Shown here: in pieces, positions 37,621-50,695 of the stretch
How the letters are laid out: each line of letters opens with the position of its first letter
Numbering within the stretch: position 1 is the first letter of the stretch
Assembly (NCBI GenBank): GCA_964658305.1
Contig: OZ210885.1
Coordinates: 7,874,001 to 7,938,000 of the forward strand
Length of the DNA stretch: 64,000 bases
Direction: 5' to 3'
Origin: Leptogorgia sarmentosa
Taxonomy: Eukaryota
The notes under the pieces: generated by a model
What the model was told of the DNA's origin: nothing
Seen by the model: the letters and a program-made list of their open reading frames with translations, nothing else
The model's database searches: none
Translations under genes and position numbers: made by a program

Positions 37621-37673
37621 TCAAACTCTGCTGTTTTACTAGACCAGTGCTCTAACCCCTGAGCTAAAGAGGC
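37621..37673 (-). pseudogene. Truncated tRNA-Thr(AGT)
   Basis: GCCTCTTTAGCTCAGGGGTTAGAGCACTGGTCTAGTAAAACAG-CAGAGTTTGA; variable loop and 3' end lost. Confidence 0.75.
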
Positions 37674-37889
37674 AACTTCTTCCCTGTTGAAACTCAGAAC
37701 ATAAATCCAATTACGAAGTTAATTAAACTTAATTTCCCGTATTATCACGTGTTTTCATGAAATAAACTCACTTGAAAAATTTTGTTTCAGGTCACACTCA
37801 TACAATCTGGAGAGTTAACTGCATACCTTGTAACCAATCACAAAAAATAAATGGATGAATTCTTATTCACGAAGAATACTTATTCACAA

Positions 37890-37962
37890 AGCCTCATCAG
37901 AGATTTGAACTCTTGACCCCTGGTTTACGAAACCAGTGCTCTAACCCCTGAGCTAATGAGGC
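37890..37962 (-). tRNA. tRNA-Thr(CGT), one T-stem mismatch
   Basis: Same body as the other Thr genes; loop TTCGTAA. Confidence 0.85.
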
Positions 37963-38112
37963 GACATGCTAAAATATTCCTAGCATGATTTTTCCAACAT
38001 AGTACTCTTCAAATAGCTTTTTTATTTCATCAGTTTTAACTCACTGAACAGCACATAGAATACCATCTGGGCGTTTGTCTTCCACGTCCTTCAATGTTTT
38101 CGAAGAAAATAA

Positions 38113-38185
38113 AGCCTCATCAGAGATTTGAACTCTGGACCCCTGGTTTACTAGACCAGTGCTCTAACCCCTGAGCTAATGAGGC
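38113..38185 (-). tRNA. tRNA-Thr(AGT), apparently intact
   Basis: Full cloverleaf, T-rich sequence downstream. Confidence 0.9.
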
Positions 38186-39294
38186 AAATTCTTCCCATTG
38201 AAACTCAGAATATAAATCCAATTACGGCATTAATTGCCGATAGAATCAGAGGCCAGTTGTACGAAATTCCGATAACTTTCTCGATCGGATAGGGATTTTT
38301 TCAACAGTTGTAAAAATAGACAAAATGTTGTAAATCTATTATTCCTCTATTTTTTCGTATCTGCTGATAAGTTTGATATGGTCTGGATCCGGCCCTACGG
38401 CGTAAGCGACCCAGAGGGTTAAGATGCATGTACTACGTGTTAAATATCTGCACTAATACTTGAAAACGATTAGTCCTGCTGTTAATTGCTGAAATATTAA
38501 TTGCTTAAAGAAAATGCTGATATTTTGCACCATTCCAATTGCAAAAATTGAAAATAAGTCGTATTACAAAGGAGGTCTCCCACAATCTTGGAAACACGCT
38601 GATGTTGTACCAATTCCGAAAAAAGAACCCGTACGCGATGTTAACCGCCACTTTCGGCCCATTTCCCTTAGTACGACGTGGGCTCATACTAGAACGATCG
38701 GCTATTTACACGTATAATTTACGCGTCACAGGCTACGAACTCGAGCATCCTTTCCGAAACACAATCGTAAGATGTTCGGAAATTGTCGTTGCAGTCCAAT
38801 GATGTTTGAATTACATGAAGTAGAAGGCGTGATATTATCGAAAAAATAAAAATCAACCAATGTTGATCCTTTTATGACTTTGTCTGCGGATTGTTGTGAT
38901 ATAATAAATACAAGATATAGGTTGATGACAAGGTATTTATAAAACACAATTGTACTTTTCTGCCCCCTGTGGTACGATTGTGTCGAAAGTCGTAGAGGGC
39001 TATGTTGTTGATAATTTTATAAAACCAGCGATGTTTACAAAAGTTGACCCCAGTCGCGTTTTTTATTGTATTAAGGTTGTGAAACATGCCAAGAATGATT
39101 TTCTATTTTAATGTAGAATTGAAAACAAAGAGGTCCGTGAATTGATTATAGCTGCGTTTGAAATAACATGTACGTAATTAACATAGTAGAGAACACAGGT
39201 AGAGCATTGCAGTGCCCGTGGTGCATAGTCCGCACCGTGGGCACGTTGTGACACAGGAGGCACGACGAGTCGCGCCACTATTCTTGTTCGCGTA

Positions 39295-39353
39295 AGTGGT
39301 AGAGCATTCGACTGCAGATCGAGAGGTCGGTGGTTCAAATCCGCTCGCTTCTT
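39295..39353 (+). pseudogene. 5'-truncated tRNA-Cys(GCA)
   Basis: AGTGGTAGAGCATTCGACTGCAGATCGAGAGGTCGGTGGTTCAAATCCG. Confidence 0.75.
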
Positions 39354-39563
39354 CTTATCCTACCTATAAACTGTAAAACTATCAAATTCTTTAAAGCAGG
39401 CTGATGTGAAATATGCGACCCAAAGAGTTGAGATGCATATACTACGATTCGTGTTAAATCTATCCACTGATACTTGAAAACGATTACTAAAATATTTTGT
39501 TGGATTTTACTGGCAGATTGAAAATTTATTCATTTCGAAGTGCAAGCGAAGGTCAAAGCCAAT

Positions 39564-39644
39564 GTAGTCGTGGCCGAGCGGTTAAGGCGACAGACTTGAA
39601 CTCTGTTGGGAAATTCCCTGCAGGTTCAAATCCTGCCGACTACG
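39564..39644 (+). tRNA. tRNA-Ser(TGA), slightly degenerate
   Basis: GTAGTCGTGGCCGAGCGGTTAAGGCGACAGACTTGAACTCTGT...CCTGCCGACTACG. Confidence 0.8.
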
Positions 39645-39884
39645 GAAGAGCAAATTTCCAGAATGTATTTGGCAAAATTTTGGTGTTATAGCATGCAATA
39701 AGGAGAAAGAGAAAAGTTATAAAAATAGAAGAACCTTTTTTAGAGAAAAGTTTTCAACTTCTAACTCGAGTCCGAAGGACGTCGAGTGCTATTTGGGGTT
39801 TTTGGAAAACTCACGTGTGTATGTTATTAAATAGTAATATCCATTATTTTTATATTTCTTTTCGGAAATTATTCAATGGAGCCG

Positions 39885-39892
39885 GTCTCTGA

Positions 39893-39934
<42 letters not shown>

Positions 39935-39958
39935 TTGGTTCGAGTCCAAACAGGGACG
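39885..39958 (+). pseudogene. tRNA-Asn(GTT), U8 mutated
   Basis: Paralog of 16719-16792 including flanks. Confidence 0.8.
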
Positions 39959-40075
39959 TGTTTGGTGTGATGTTATTCAGACGTCGTGACGGTAAATGTA
40001 ACCGATTTTTTTGCGCGGGGTTTTCTAAGGATTTACGGAAGCTTTCAAAAAAGAGAACAGTTGGTTAATTAACTA

Positions 40076-40147
40076 GGGCTTGCACGAGAATCGAACGAGT
40101 GATCTCTCGCACCCAAAGCGAGAATCATACCACCAGGCCAGCAAGCC
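40076..40147 (-). pseudogene. tRNA-Pro(TGG), degenerate
   Basis: Paralog of 16911-16982 including flanks. Confidence 0.8.
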
Positions 40148-40239
40148 ATTGATGGTATCGAAATGTTCTCTAATGTACTTTGTACTGACGAAAAAAAATA
40201 TGGGATTAGTTAATGTAATATCTCAGCCGTTCCAAAGTC

Positions 40240-40282
40240 GCCGTGATCGTATAGTGCTTGGTACATTGCGTTGTGGCCACAA
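40240..40282 (+). pseudogene. 5' half of tRNA-His(GTG)
   Basis: GCCGTGATCGTATAGTGCTTGGTACATTGCGTTGTGGCCACAA. Confidence 0.7.
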
Positions 40283-40330
40283 ATATCCATTATTTTTATA
40301 TTTCTTTTCGGAAGGTTTTCAATGGAGTCG

Positions 40331-40377
40331 GTCTCTGTGGCGCAATCGGTTAGCGCGTTAGAGTCCAACCAGGGACG
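40331..40377 (+). pseudogene. tRNA-Asn with internal deletion of the anticodon arm
   Basis: GTCTCTGTGGCGCAATCGGTTAGCGCGTT--AGAGTCCAACCAGGGACG. Confidence 0.75.
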
Positions 40378-40599
40378 TGTTTGGTGTGTTCAGATGTCGT
40401 GATGGTAAATGTAAGCAGATTTTTGCGCGGGGTTTTGATTTTATTCAGTTGGTCTAAACGAAATTTTACTTTAATGATGCCAAAATATTTCACAAAATAC
40501 GACAACTTTTGAAAAGCATTTGATTTGCTATTCTTCTAAAAAGTATATAGAATTTATAATTTCCAATTCATATTATATTTGTGCCGTTTTTCACCTGGC

Positions 40600-41006
40600 A
40601 ATACATATTCTCCAACATTGGGCGAGATATTCAACTCAGCCCGAGATTGTCTTGATGTTGTTGATAAATTAGCTGGAGCAAAAGATGGATCTTGCTGGAT
40701 CTTTGGAAGAACCCACAAGGTACAAGCTCATGCTTCCGAAGCTGAAATCTACATAATGAATCTTGCAAATAGTTTTTTAATTATTTTAATTAGGTTTGGT
40801 GTTATATTCATACAGGCCAAGGTGGATTAATTTGTGTTGGTTGGAAGGGAGAATTGTTCAGTAAGTTCGACAGTCCCATCAGATTCGTCCCTAGTTGACC
40901 CACAAGGACCGCCACTGTGGTGAAGTGTTTTTGGCGATATCACAGTTCTTGATTTTAGAGTCCAGGTCTCAACAAACAAAAGTTTTGATGGCACAAGAGC
41001 AGACGG
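40600..41006 (+). pseudogene. Two decayed exons with a fibrinogen-domain-like N-terminal motif
   Basis: NSARDCLDV...DGSCWI...HK|GT and AG|VWCYIHTGQGG..VLVGR, with a frameshift and a stop; donor GTAAG near 41007. Confidence 0.35.
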
Positions 41007-41130
41007 GTAAGAATACACAAACTAATAATTTCTTGTTAACCATGCGCAAAGTCAGCACCGAGCTCGTCTTTTGTACCGACAGTGCACGTAGTGCGAGTTA
41101 TAACAGGAAAATGATTATCTCATACGAACA

Positions 41131-42625
41131 TAATAATAATAATAATAATAATAATAATAGTCTTTATTAAAAACTCTGAAACACCCGTCCGAGTTCACAT
41201 GGAAATTGTTAGTTCGCTCTAATTTACAAATATTCTAGAAGTTAAGAAGTTAAATATTTTATGTAGCTAAATATGTACAATATAAAATCATATAAAATTG
41301 AATAAGCAGCGATTTATAAAAGAATTCTTGAAACGTTCTGTCCGTATTCGTGGTAATTCATACTTATGTCCCCTGGGTCTAAGAGGTCTAGCTAGATCAT
41401 TAGGCAATAGTTCATGCAACGGATTGTTCACATTTGATGTTACTTGCACCCATAACTTTTTATCTCGGGAGTGCATTATGTCTTTCAAAGAGTGATCTTT
41501 TGTAGTATAGCCATATTTGCGCGCTCTATTTATAAATTTGTCGATTTGTCTCAAGTATTTATCATAATAGGCACATCCCCATAATTCTATTCCGTATGTT
41601 AGTATTGGCATGATAAGGCTGTTGAACAACAAATCCAACTGTTCAGGTGTCATTCCATAGTATTTGCATGTACGCATTATGTGCATTCTGCTGCTTGCCT
41701 TACTAATCAGTTGTTCTAAGTGCATATCCCAGTTTGTTGGATTTTCTTGCAGTATTGTACCAAGAATTTTAAGCCAGGTTTTTCTTTCAATCATTGGTAT
41801 TGGATTTGGTAAACTCGCATTGCTCTTACACATCACCATTTCCCAAGTTTTGCCCATGTTTAGTGGCATACGATTTCTTTCCGACCACTCAATTATGTTT
41901 TCCACTTCGATTGTAGAAGTGTCGCCCTCATTTGTGCCAGGAACTCCTAAGGTCATATCATCCGCAAATTTAATTAATCCGTTTCTTTGGTGAATTACTT
42001 TGATGTCGTTTACCATAATCAAAAATAGAATTGGACCCAAAACTGTTCCTTGCGGTACTCCGCGATTAATGGGTAGATAGTTTGTAATGATGCCATCCAC
42101 TACAACTCTTTGTTGCCTGTTTGTCAGAAAATCGATAATCCAGTTGACAATGTGTGGGTTTATGGCCAAACTTTTCAATTTTGTACACAGGATGTCATGC
42201 GGAACATTATCAAAGGCTTTGCTGAAGTCAAAAGAGAAAATTCGTACATAACTAGCATCATTATCCAACCATTTCAACCAGGAGTGATGACCTTTGATGA
42301 GAGCCATGGTGGAGTTATGCGCTTTCTTATAAGCGAATTGATCTTGCCCAATTAAATCAGTTACATGATTTTTACAAATAATCGCATTATAATAGCAGTA
42401 AGTGAGATTGGCCTCAATTGATTGCAATTTTCAAGCTGGGTTTCTTTTGGCAATGGTAACAAATTTGCTTGTTTCCAAATGTTTGGAACTATGCGTGTTG
42501 CTAAGGAACGATTAAAAATTTTTGTGACAACAGGTGCAAGGTCAAATGAGAAATTTTTCCAAAAACCAGTAAGGTATGTCATCAGGGCCTGTAGCAGTTT
42601 TCTTTTGTTTCTTCAAAAACCACTG
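41131..42625 (-). mobile_element. 5'-truncated CR1/L2-type LINE (RT domain) with (TTA)n tail
   Basis: KTATGPDDIP, LRPISLT, FDFSKAFD, GVPQGTVLGP, KFADDMT, RTERFKNSFI; AATAAA then (TAT)n at 41131-41159; frameshifts at the 5' end. Confidence 0.92.
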
Positions 42626-44641
42626 GACCATATAAATAGATAAAAAAGGAACTCTTGTGCCTTCTCTTGAACGTATGATTGAAACTTTAACACTTTCTAT
42701 CATATCAGCAACTTTCCAATAAAGAATACCGAATGGTTTTCCGTGCAGGATTGAGTCATCCATGCACGTGGGATGTGGCGACTTTCGGAAAGCGTAAAAA
42801 ATCACGAGCCGCAGGCGAGTCACTTTCCGAAACTCAAGCCACATCCCAAGTGTATGGATAACGCTATCCTGCACGGAAAAATCATTTGGTAATTGTTTTA
42901 TAAAATAACTACAGTGAAACAAGGGAAAACGTCAATTTCTTTTCCATAAATACGAAAACCCTTGTTTGTTGTTTTCGATAGCAATTTGTGTTACTGTCAA
43001 ATTTTCGTATTTATTTATTGCCAACATTTCAAAAATCCCGTGACTCGTGAGCGTTATGCTCGTGAATGAAGAGCCCCTTAGTCTGCAAACAAACTTATAA
43101 GGATCGATGGTCTAATGTTGTATCTGTAAAACACTGCTGAAATGAAATGATTTTAGAAAATATGACTAAGACATAATGACGTCTGAAGTTCAGTAAGGTT
43201 TGCTGATAATGGTGTAAATGTGACGACCATTGCAAACATCATTGGTAATTTTACTTTTATTGACAAATATTCTATAATAATTCGATATTGTAAACCAGCA
43301 AATACAACTAAAAATCTACACTAAAGTTGAAACAAAACCATTTTCAAATATACAGTTGCCTCTTATATTAATTAGGCGAATTGCTAAACATTTCCACATA
43401 TGTTCACTGTTTAACTTATTCAGTGATACTATTTTAACTATCTTATACGTTTACTATACCGTCATTGAGAATTAAGAGAAAATTCTTAGCGTGACGTTTT
43501 CTCGATAATTATTTACAGCATGGACTGAATAAGAATGTTTGTAGTAAGACAGGTGAATTCAAAACACGCAGAGTGCCACTAAAAATTTTCCCTTCCATCC
43601 CATTCCCCCTCCTGGGCAGGTACAGTACGTGACGTCCACTAATAAGTTAATCACGTGTGCTAAATCACGTGTGTGTCCTGGGGGGATCCCCCCATTCCTG
43701 GCTTGAAGGGACGACTATATGACTGTGTTACATCACGTACTTGTCCCACACTGTTTACGGTTTCCCGTTTTCTTTTACTTGTGACAATAATCATTATAAA
43801 TGTCCTACAGCAATATAATACTTAATGGTAGCAAATTTTCACTCGTACACCTGAATGACGTTACCAAAGAGGTAGAATTAAGACTGTAATTGGAATTGGA
43901 AAGTTTGTGTAGTATTAGAGTGTGCGGTATTTGTATAAGCGTTGTGTCGAAGACTCGAAGTCCTGCATGTGTGATTGTGTCGTGTGCACTAATCTGCAGG
44001 ATTTTAACAAATTAAATGTACAGCCAGGGGTCATCGCAAACTGTTGTCAAATCTCTATTATGTCCACGAAAGTAGGCATAAAATGGAACTTATTGCGACT
44101 TTTCATTTGTTTTTTAATTGTTTTTCTATTTCGGGACAAATATGGCGCCCATTATGCAACTTTGGCGCCCCATAAAAAAGTTCACTGGGGGGGGGGGGGC
44201 ATGGACCCCCGCCCCCCCCCCCTGCCAGCACGCCACTGCTTACAACTAATCTGAAGACGTGCCTACATCCCTATTCGAGTACTTGTATGGAATACTTGAA
44301 TACTCTCTACTGGAGTAAGAAGGATGTAGGAATGTTTTCAACACTAGGAACACCAAAAGCCGTCATCGCCCCCAATCTTTGGAATGCATTGTCGCCATTA
44401 TTACTTAAATTCCACTATTGCTTAATAATTTCACTGGAACATTGAAGCATTTTTCAATATATATACTTCTGAGATTCCCGAAATACCTGGAATGGTGTTT
44501 ATTTTGGTAAAAAAATAGTGATAATCGAATATTAGTATAGAATCTTACTCACTACAAGAGATAATGATATTGCTACTCCACATATCCATATTTCCACGTT
44601 TAATATTCATTTCAGACAATGTTGCAATTTCTCTGAAGTCT

Positions 44642-44967
44642 TCAACCTTTTGGTTGGAGTTCTTTTGAATGCGAGGATAACTTATTAAGACGAAGGAAGC
44701 AGACCCGACCTCCTTTCAGGCCAACACAAACCATTCCATTTGAGCCACATGCTATGGCTAAAACATCCCGGTCGAAATGAAACTCTTCAACACACTCTCC
44801 ATTTGGTAGGTTCCACAGTTTCAGCGTCTTGTCTTCATCCGAGCATGACAAAAGTAATTCTCCCTCAGGCGCTAATGCCAACGCTATGATACGTTCGGCA
44901 TTTTGAATTGGAAATCTGCCGAGAACCTTTCCAGTTCTGAAGTTCTCAATCACCAAAGAACCATGAC
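44642..44967 (-). CDS. Terminal exon of a WD40-repeat protein
   Basis: Phase-1 acceptor catttttAG; GHGSLVIEN...LLSCSDEDKTLKLWNLPNGECV...GGRVCFLRL...stop. Confidence 0.85.
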
Positions 44968-46340
44968 CTAAAAATGTGATTTAAAATTTTAAATCTGTTA
45001 AGGCAATATGTTACGCCAGGCAATTTTGGTTTGATAGCCATGTTTTATATTTATAGTGGCTGTTACGTGGCGCTTTTATGATCTCATAGAAATTAGTAAT
45101 AGTTGCGGGCGTAAATTTAAGAATGCGCCGGTAGTTTTGACACATCAACTTTCCCGCAAGTGTCAAAACTTCCCGCGCATCTCAGAATTTGCGCCCGCAA
45201 ACATTAGTATAATTTCTATTAAAACAATAAAGCGCGTCTGGAGAAAGTAGGGTCTAGAGGTCACGTTATTTAAGTTGCTGTCTCAGAAATTGTTCACGTG
45301 GACCGCTAGTACACATTAGTATACAGGGACTTATCTGTACAAATTTTCAGCAAGTCTTATCTAAAAAACATAGCTTTAAATCAGACGTTTCATAACATGC
45401 AGCTAAAACTGCCTGATCCAAGGGTCAATTAGTCAGGGAATATTGCTGACCCATATAGCCGATATGAAAACATGCCTATCTATCAGGCGATTTCAACACA
45501 CGAAGAATTTAAGGACTGCGACTAGATGTCGCGTAGCATACCATTTTTCGATTGAAACGAATGAATTTCTGCCATTATATACTTTATTTTGATTCCATAT
45601 TTTTGTGAGAGCTATAGTTCTCATAACCAAACATAATGACAAAATTTCAACTAGTTTCATACAGAACAACGGAAGATATAATCGAGTGAAAATAGCGAAA
45701 TGGATTTCTATTCGGACAACTTTTTCTGAGTGCTGACTGGCTAAGACACGAACCACTGAGCTAGAGAAAGACTGCAGAGAGTGCTCGTATTAATTTTCTC
45801 ATAAAGGAGTGAGGCTTAATTGCAGCATTCTATCGCATAATCCAGTGTTTCTCAGATCATTGGGTGGTCTATCCACGATAGGCCTTCCAACTTGCCTTGG
45901 GTTTTTATTTTCCCGGGTGAAAATTGCCGGGCGGAGTTAGTACCCTCGCCAGGCCTTACGCACGTACGCTCGGGGAAAATACATACAGACTAAGCTGTGG
46001 GTAATGCTCAAAGTTTCCGTGCGAATACTTGTTAGATAACATAGTTGCAAGTCAAACGGGTAATGCACGTGGTGTTACGTGAGGTTAAGCCTACTGGAAT
46101 GTGGTATATTCGCAGGGGAGGTTTCGCATTCGGAGGTTCAAAATGCAGCATATTCGCATGTTATTTCCATTGCTGGGATAATTTCTTGTTGGTTTGAAAA
46201 GTCTCGTGTCAAGGCATTTGTGCAGTGGACGGGGAAACAAGGGCGTGGACGGAATGTCGGAGAGTAAGGCTGTGCTGATACTAGAAGAATTGCGCAACCA
46301 CACGTTGTTGCAATTGAGATTAAAAAATGAAATAAATTAC

Positions 46341-46593
46341 CTAAAATAGCCACATGGCTGCCAGAATTGTTCACCCTTAAAACTCTTCTGGTAAGAGAAT
46401 TAGAACGCTCGTTGTCCCACTCTTTGTTCAGTTTCCACTTTGTGAACGATATTCGCTCTTCAGCCCCATTAGCAACTCCATAATTGTAAGAACTAACACC
46501 AAAGAGGAAGTTCTGGACCACGCGAATTGTTTCAATTCTACGCACATCTGATTCGTAACGATGCACAATTCCTTTGGCATTTATCTGCTCAAC
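46341..46593 (-). CDS. Penultimate exon of the WD40-repeat protein
   Basis: ttattttgacAG acceptor (phase 0), G|GTAATT donor (phase 1), open frame; phases match both neighbours. Confidence 0.75.
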
Positions 46594-49094
46594 CTGTCAA
46601 AATAATAATTTACTGCTTAATACAACATTGGTTATTTTCTCAGCAAAATAAGATGAACGACTTCCGATTACGAGTGGTATTTCTGATCAACAAACATATA
46701 TGCAATTAATACTGCGTTGTTTTGGTTGTTTTTAAAATCAACGCCGGCTCGGAACGGTGTAATTAATAAAAATAGTTAGTACACGCCTGTGTAATTAATG
46801 TTTAATTCGTACAGTTCTTGAAAGTTTCGACAATCAACGGAATTGACCACAATGATATCAAAATAAGATATAACTGTATTCACAATATTGATATGTATTA
46901 TCCTCTTTTCAAATTGTTTATTACGCACCGGGTTAACTTGTTACACATGCAATTAGAGGGATACAGTTGCATTGGTGTTTACTTCAGTTTAATTATAAAT
47001 ATGATGCGTTGAATTATATAATTCGCTTCATAATTTACGTCTTGGTATATCTATTTTCCCGGGAAATTGCTGTAACATGTTAGATTTTATATTAACTTTG
47101 GTGTCTACTGTACGAATTTTCCTCCTTCTATATTCAGATAATTTTTTTGTCATACCCTTTCCTTTTTTTATGACCCAAATATAAATATTTTTGTTTATAT
47201 TCAGTGATATCTTGTTATTTTTCGCTTACAGTACTTTGTTTTTAAACTTAGTTCGGGAAGGCATGCGCGCCGTTTTTCCTGCTTGTGGATCAAACTTTAC
47301 GTTATACAAGATTTATTTTCTTTTTGTAAGAATTATTTCTTTGTCAAACTTGCAGATGGTTGAAATTTTTGTAGGTGTAAAGCAGTTTATAATATTCCAG
47401 TAATTTGACTATATGAGTGCTTGGTGGCTTTTATAGTGCTACATTTATTGGATGAAATTGATTCCAAACACACAGGTCATGCATAAGGCGTTGTTTCTAT
47501 AATGTAATGTTATGTTAATTCTAAGTAACATATCAATTTTTATTGAACTTGTGACAAAGGTGTGAGTTTTAGAATGCTGTCCGCACAGAAATCCATTTTG
47601 CTAAATTCACTCAATTATATCTTTTGTTATTCTGTATTAAACTATTAGTTAAAATTTTGTAATTATGTTTGGTTATGAGAACTTTAGCCCTGAGAAAAAT
47701 ATGGAAATGAAATAAATTACATTATGCGAGATTTCAATTGAAAAATGGATTTGAATTTGACAACTAGTCTCAGTCCTTTTCCCTGTATTGAGATCATCTT
47801 GATGTTGAATTAATATACTTATGAATATAAACTCAACATAGAAATCTCAGTCAGACTTGTATGGATGGGAAAGGTATATTGCTTCAACTGGGAAATTTGA
47901 AATGAATATCAGCTTGAGGCATGCGACATTTTGCATACTGTACTGCACTGAGCACTATTTACGTTCTTTACTTTTTTACGCTCAAAGCGATGCAAGCCTA
48001 ACCCTAACACAAAAGATTGCGATTAATACAAAAATATGATAAAGTAATAAAACTACATGACCATATGAAACCATGATACAGAAAATCAAGATATTTTGAA
48101 ACTTGATTCAATGATTTTTAAGCCGAAAATACATTTCATAATTCATACTGATACCAAAAGGCACACAGTATAAGAGTGAGGTATTTTCCATTACTTAAGA
48201 TCCTTTCCCGGAAATAAATTTGAGATTTTAAAATGCCGACGTTTGTGTAAGAGCTGCGAACCAATCTTCATGGTAGTTTAATAAAAAAAGAACATGCTTC
48301 TGACGAAAAAATGAAAATACTCGCAGAAAATAGTAAAATGATGCACAGGTTATCTTTAAATTTCGATGATGTAATTAGCACAAATTTTTAATTTTCAAAT
48401 AATTATCAATTATTGGACGAGGTCGAGCAAAATATCGCGATTTGTCGGTGGCGAGCAGATCAATTATTTGCCGATGCCGAAGGCAGAGGCAAATAATTGA
48501 TCTGCGAGCCACCGACAAAATCGCGATATTTTGCGAGATCTCGTCCAATAATTGTTTTATTATTCATTTACAAAGCATACTTAGCTACAAGGTAGACGTA
48601 TACAACGAGCTTTACATACAAATTTTATTTCATAAAAAAATAATACTGGTTTACAGAAAAAACCTTCTTCTTTTAAATTTTTCTTTCTTTTAAATATTGC
48701 CGGAAGACACTGACGGCCGTTTTGGCGGCTTTTTTTGTATCATCTGAAGTTTTTTCCTCTAGTAAACAAGACGAGCTGTCTTGTGATAGTTCAGGAAAAC
48801 GAGCCGCCATTGTTTACAAAAAAGTGACGCAATGCGCATGCTCAGACTATTATTTGCAGGTGAGCAACCATCTTAACAAATGCGCATGCTCAGACTATTA
48901 TTTGCACGCAGTTATTTGCAGGTAAATTGACCAATCAAAATTGAGAATACTATAAAGTGAATAATAATCAGTTTTACTGACTGGGGGTTATTAAAATTTG
49001 CGACTGAATAATAAAGAGTCGTAAAATATTGTTTTCGCCAGTCGAATATCAAATTCATGTATTGCATCGCTGTGTAATATCTAGTATACGTATA

Positions 49095-50695
49095 CAGTGC
49101 GACCCACGGTATTAGTTTGGTACGATATTAGTGCATTGTAGATTACATGTTTGGAGGATTAAACATAATACGGGTGAATTTTGTTTGGTTCATCGTAGAA
49201 ACAATATTGCAATGATTACATTTCATACTAGTCACGTGACAGCAAAATCCAGGTGTTCCTCCATAAAAGAGGTGGTCCACGCTATTAGTTTCATAAATTG
49301 CCGAGCAATAGGAGAAGTAGAAAAGACCTAACCTGAGCTAGGAAAGCCATTACTATAAAAGAGATAGCAATAGGCAACACAGCAAAAGCAATTTTTGAAA
49401 GATATTAATCGTCATGTTGTGACAGTGACAAGATTTTTGCAAAATCCATGTTTCAATAGTAAACTTCATGGTAATCGCGCCGAATAAAACCAGTGTCAAA
49501 GCGGGATAGGAGCTGGATAACCAGTAAGTTGCGTAAAATGCCTCCAACAGCAAGTGGAAAATTTTCCAAGATAGTTGGTCCGCTCGATGTTCCAAAAACC
49601 ACTCGCAATCGTGGACCTGCGAAGACAGGTTCCATGGAGTAAATGAAGAATTGTTGACCTTTCACTGCTAGACACGATCATTTGAGGATGGAATGGGCGA
49701 GAAAATACATGAGGACGAACACAATGTTTGTTCTTTTCACTGACGAATCAAGGCCGACACTGGATGGTCCAGATGGCTGGAGTAAAGGATGTAATGAAGA
49801 ATGCCCTAAGGGGATGAGACACCAACATGGTGTTGGAGGATTATGAACAGGAGTGGAAGCATCACAGATGCACGCATTGGTCCCTTCCGTGTGCCTGAAG
49901 GTCAGAAGTTGTCTTCTGCTACGTATTGCCCTTACCTGAAGAAATCCCTTGAGTCACGGTTGGATAAACTTCCTTTAGCAACATTGAAGAAGATTACCTT
50001 AACGCATGTCATATGCAGCAAAGGCAACAACGGAATCCCTTCAGTCGTTTGGTTTTGTGAACAAAATCGTAATGGTTTGGCAACTAAACTCGCCAAATTT
50101 GAACCCAATTGAGAACTTGTGGTGGGTAATAAAGCGTCATGTTTATATCATCTAGATGGAACCCATCTTGGCAGGTCCACGATTGCGAGTGGTTTTTGCA
50201 ACATCGACCAGACCAGCTTTCTTGGAAAATTTGCCACTTGCTGCTGGAGGCATTTTACGCAACTTACTCGTTGCTCAACTCGTATCCTGCTTTGAAATTG
50301 ACTTTAATAGCTACGATCAGCATGAAATTTCCACTTGAAGAATGGATTTTGCAAAAATCTTGTCATTGTCACAACATGGCCATCAAATCTTTCAAAAATT
50401 GCTTTTGTAGTGTTGGTTATTGCTATTTCTTTCATAATAATGGCTTTCTTGGCTCAGGTTAGGTCTTTTCTACTTCTCATATTGCTCGGCAATTCATGAA
50501 ACTAATAGCGTGGACCACCTTTTTAATGGAGGAACACCTGGATTTTGTTGTCACGTGACTAATATGAAATGTAATCATTGCAATATTGTTTCTACCGTGA
50601 ACCAAACAAAATTCACCTTTATTATGTTTAATTTTCCTCATATGTAATGTACAATGTACTAATGTCATACCAAACTAATACCGTGGGTCGCACTG
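49095..50695 (+). mobile_element. Decayed Tc1 element (DD37E/TRT-like) with about 550-bp inverted arms
   Basis: TA|CAGTGCGACCCACGGTATTAGTTTGGTA at both ends; transposase remnants VLFTDESRPTLDGPDGW, IGPFRVPEG, SPNLNPIENLW. Confidence 0.9.

Noticed and set aside
8354..44238. One giant hAT element from CAGTGGCG (8354) to CGCCACTG (44238)
   Set aside because: The 8-bp flanks differ (AGACAAAT vs CTTACAAC) and subterminal sequences do not match; more likely two unrelated hAT ends.
44655..44675. HSKEL in the WD40 gene's C-terminus echoing the heptad repeat
   Set aside because: A single 5-residue match, compatible with chance.
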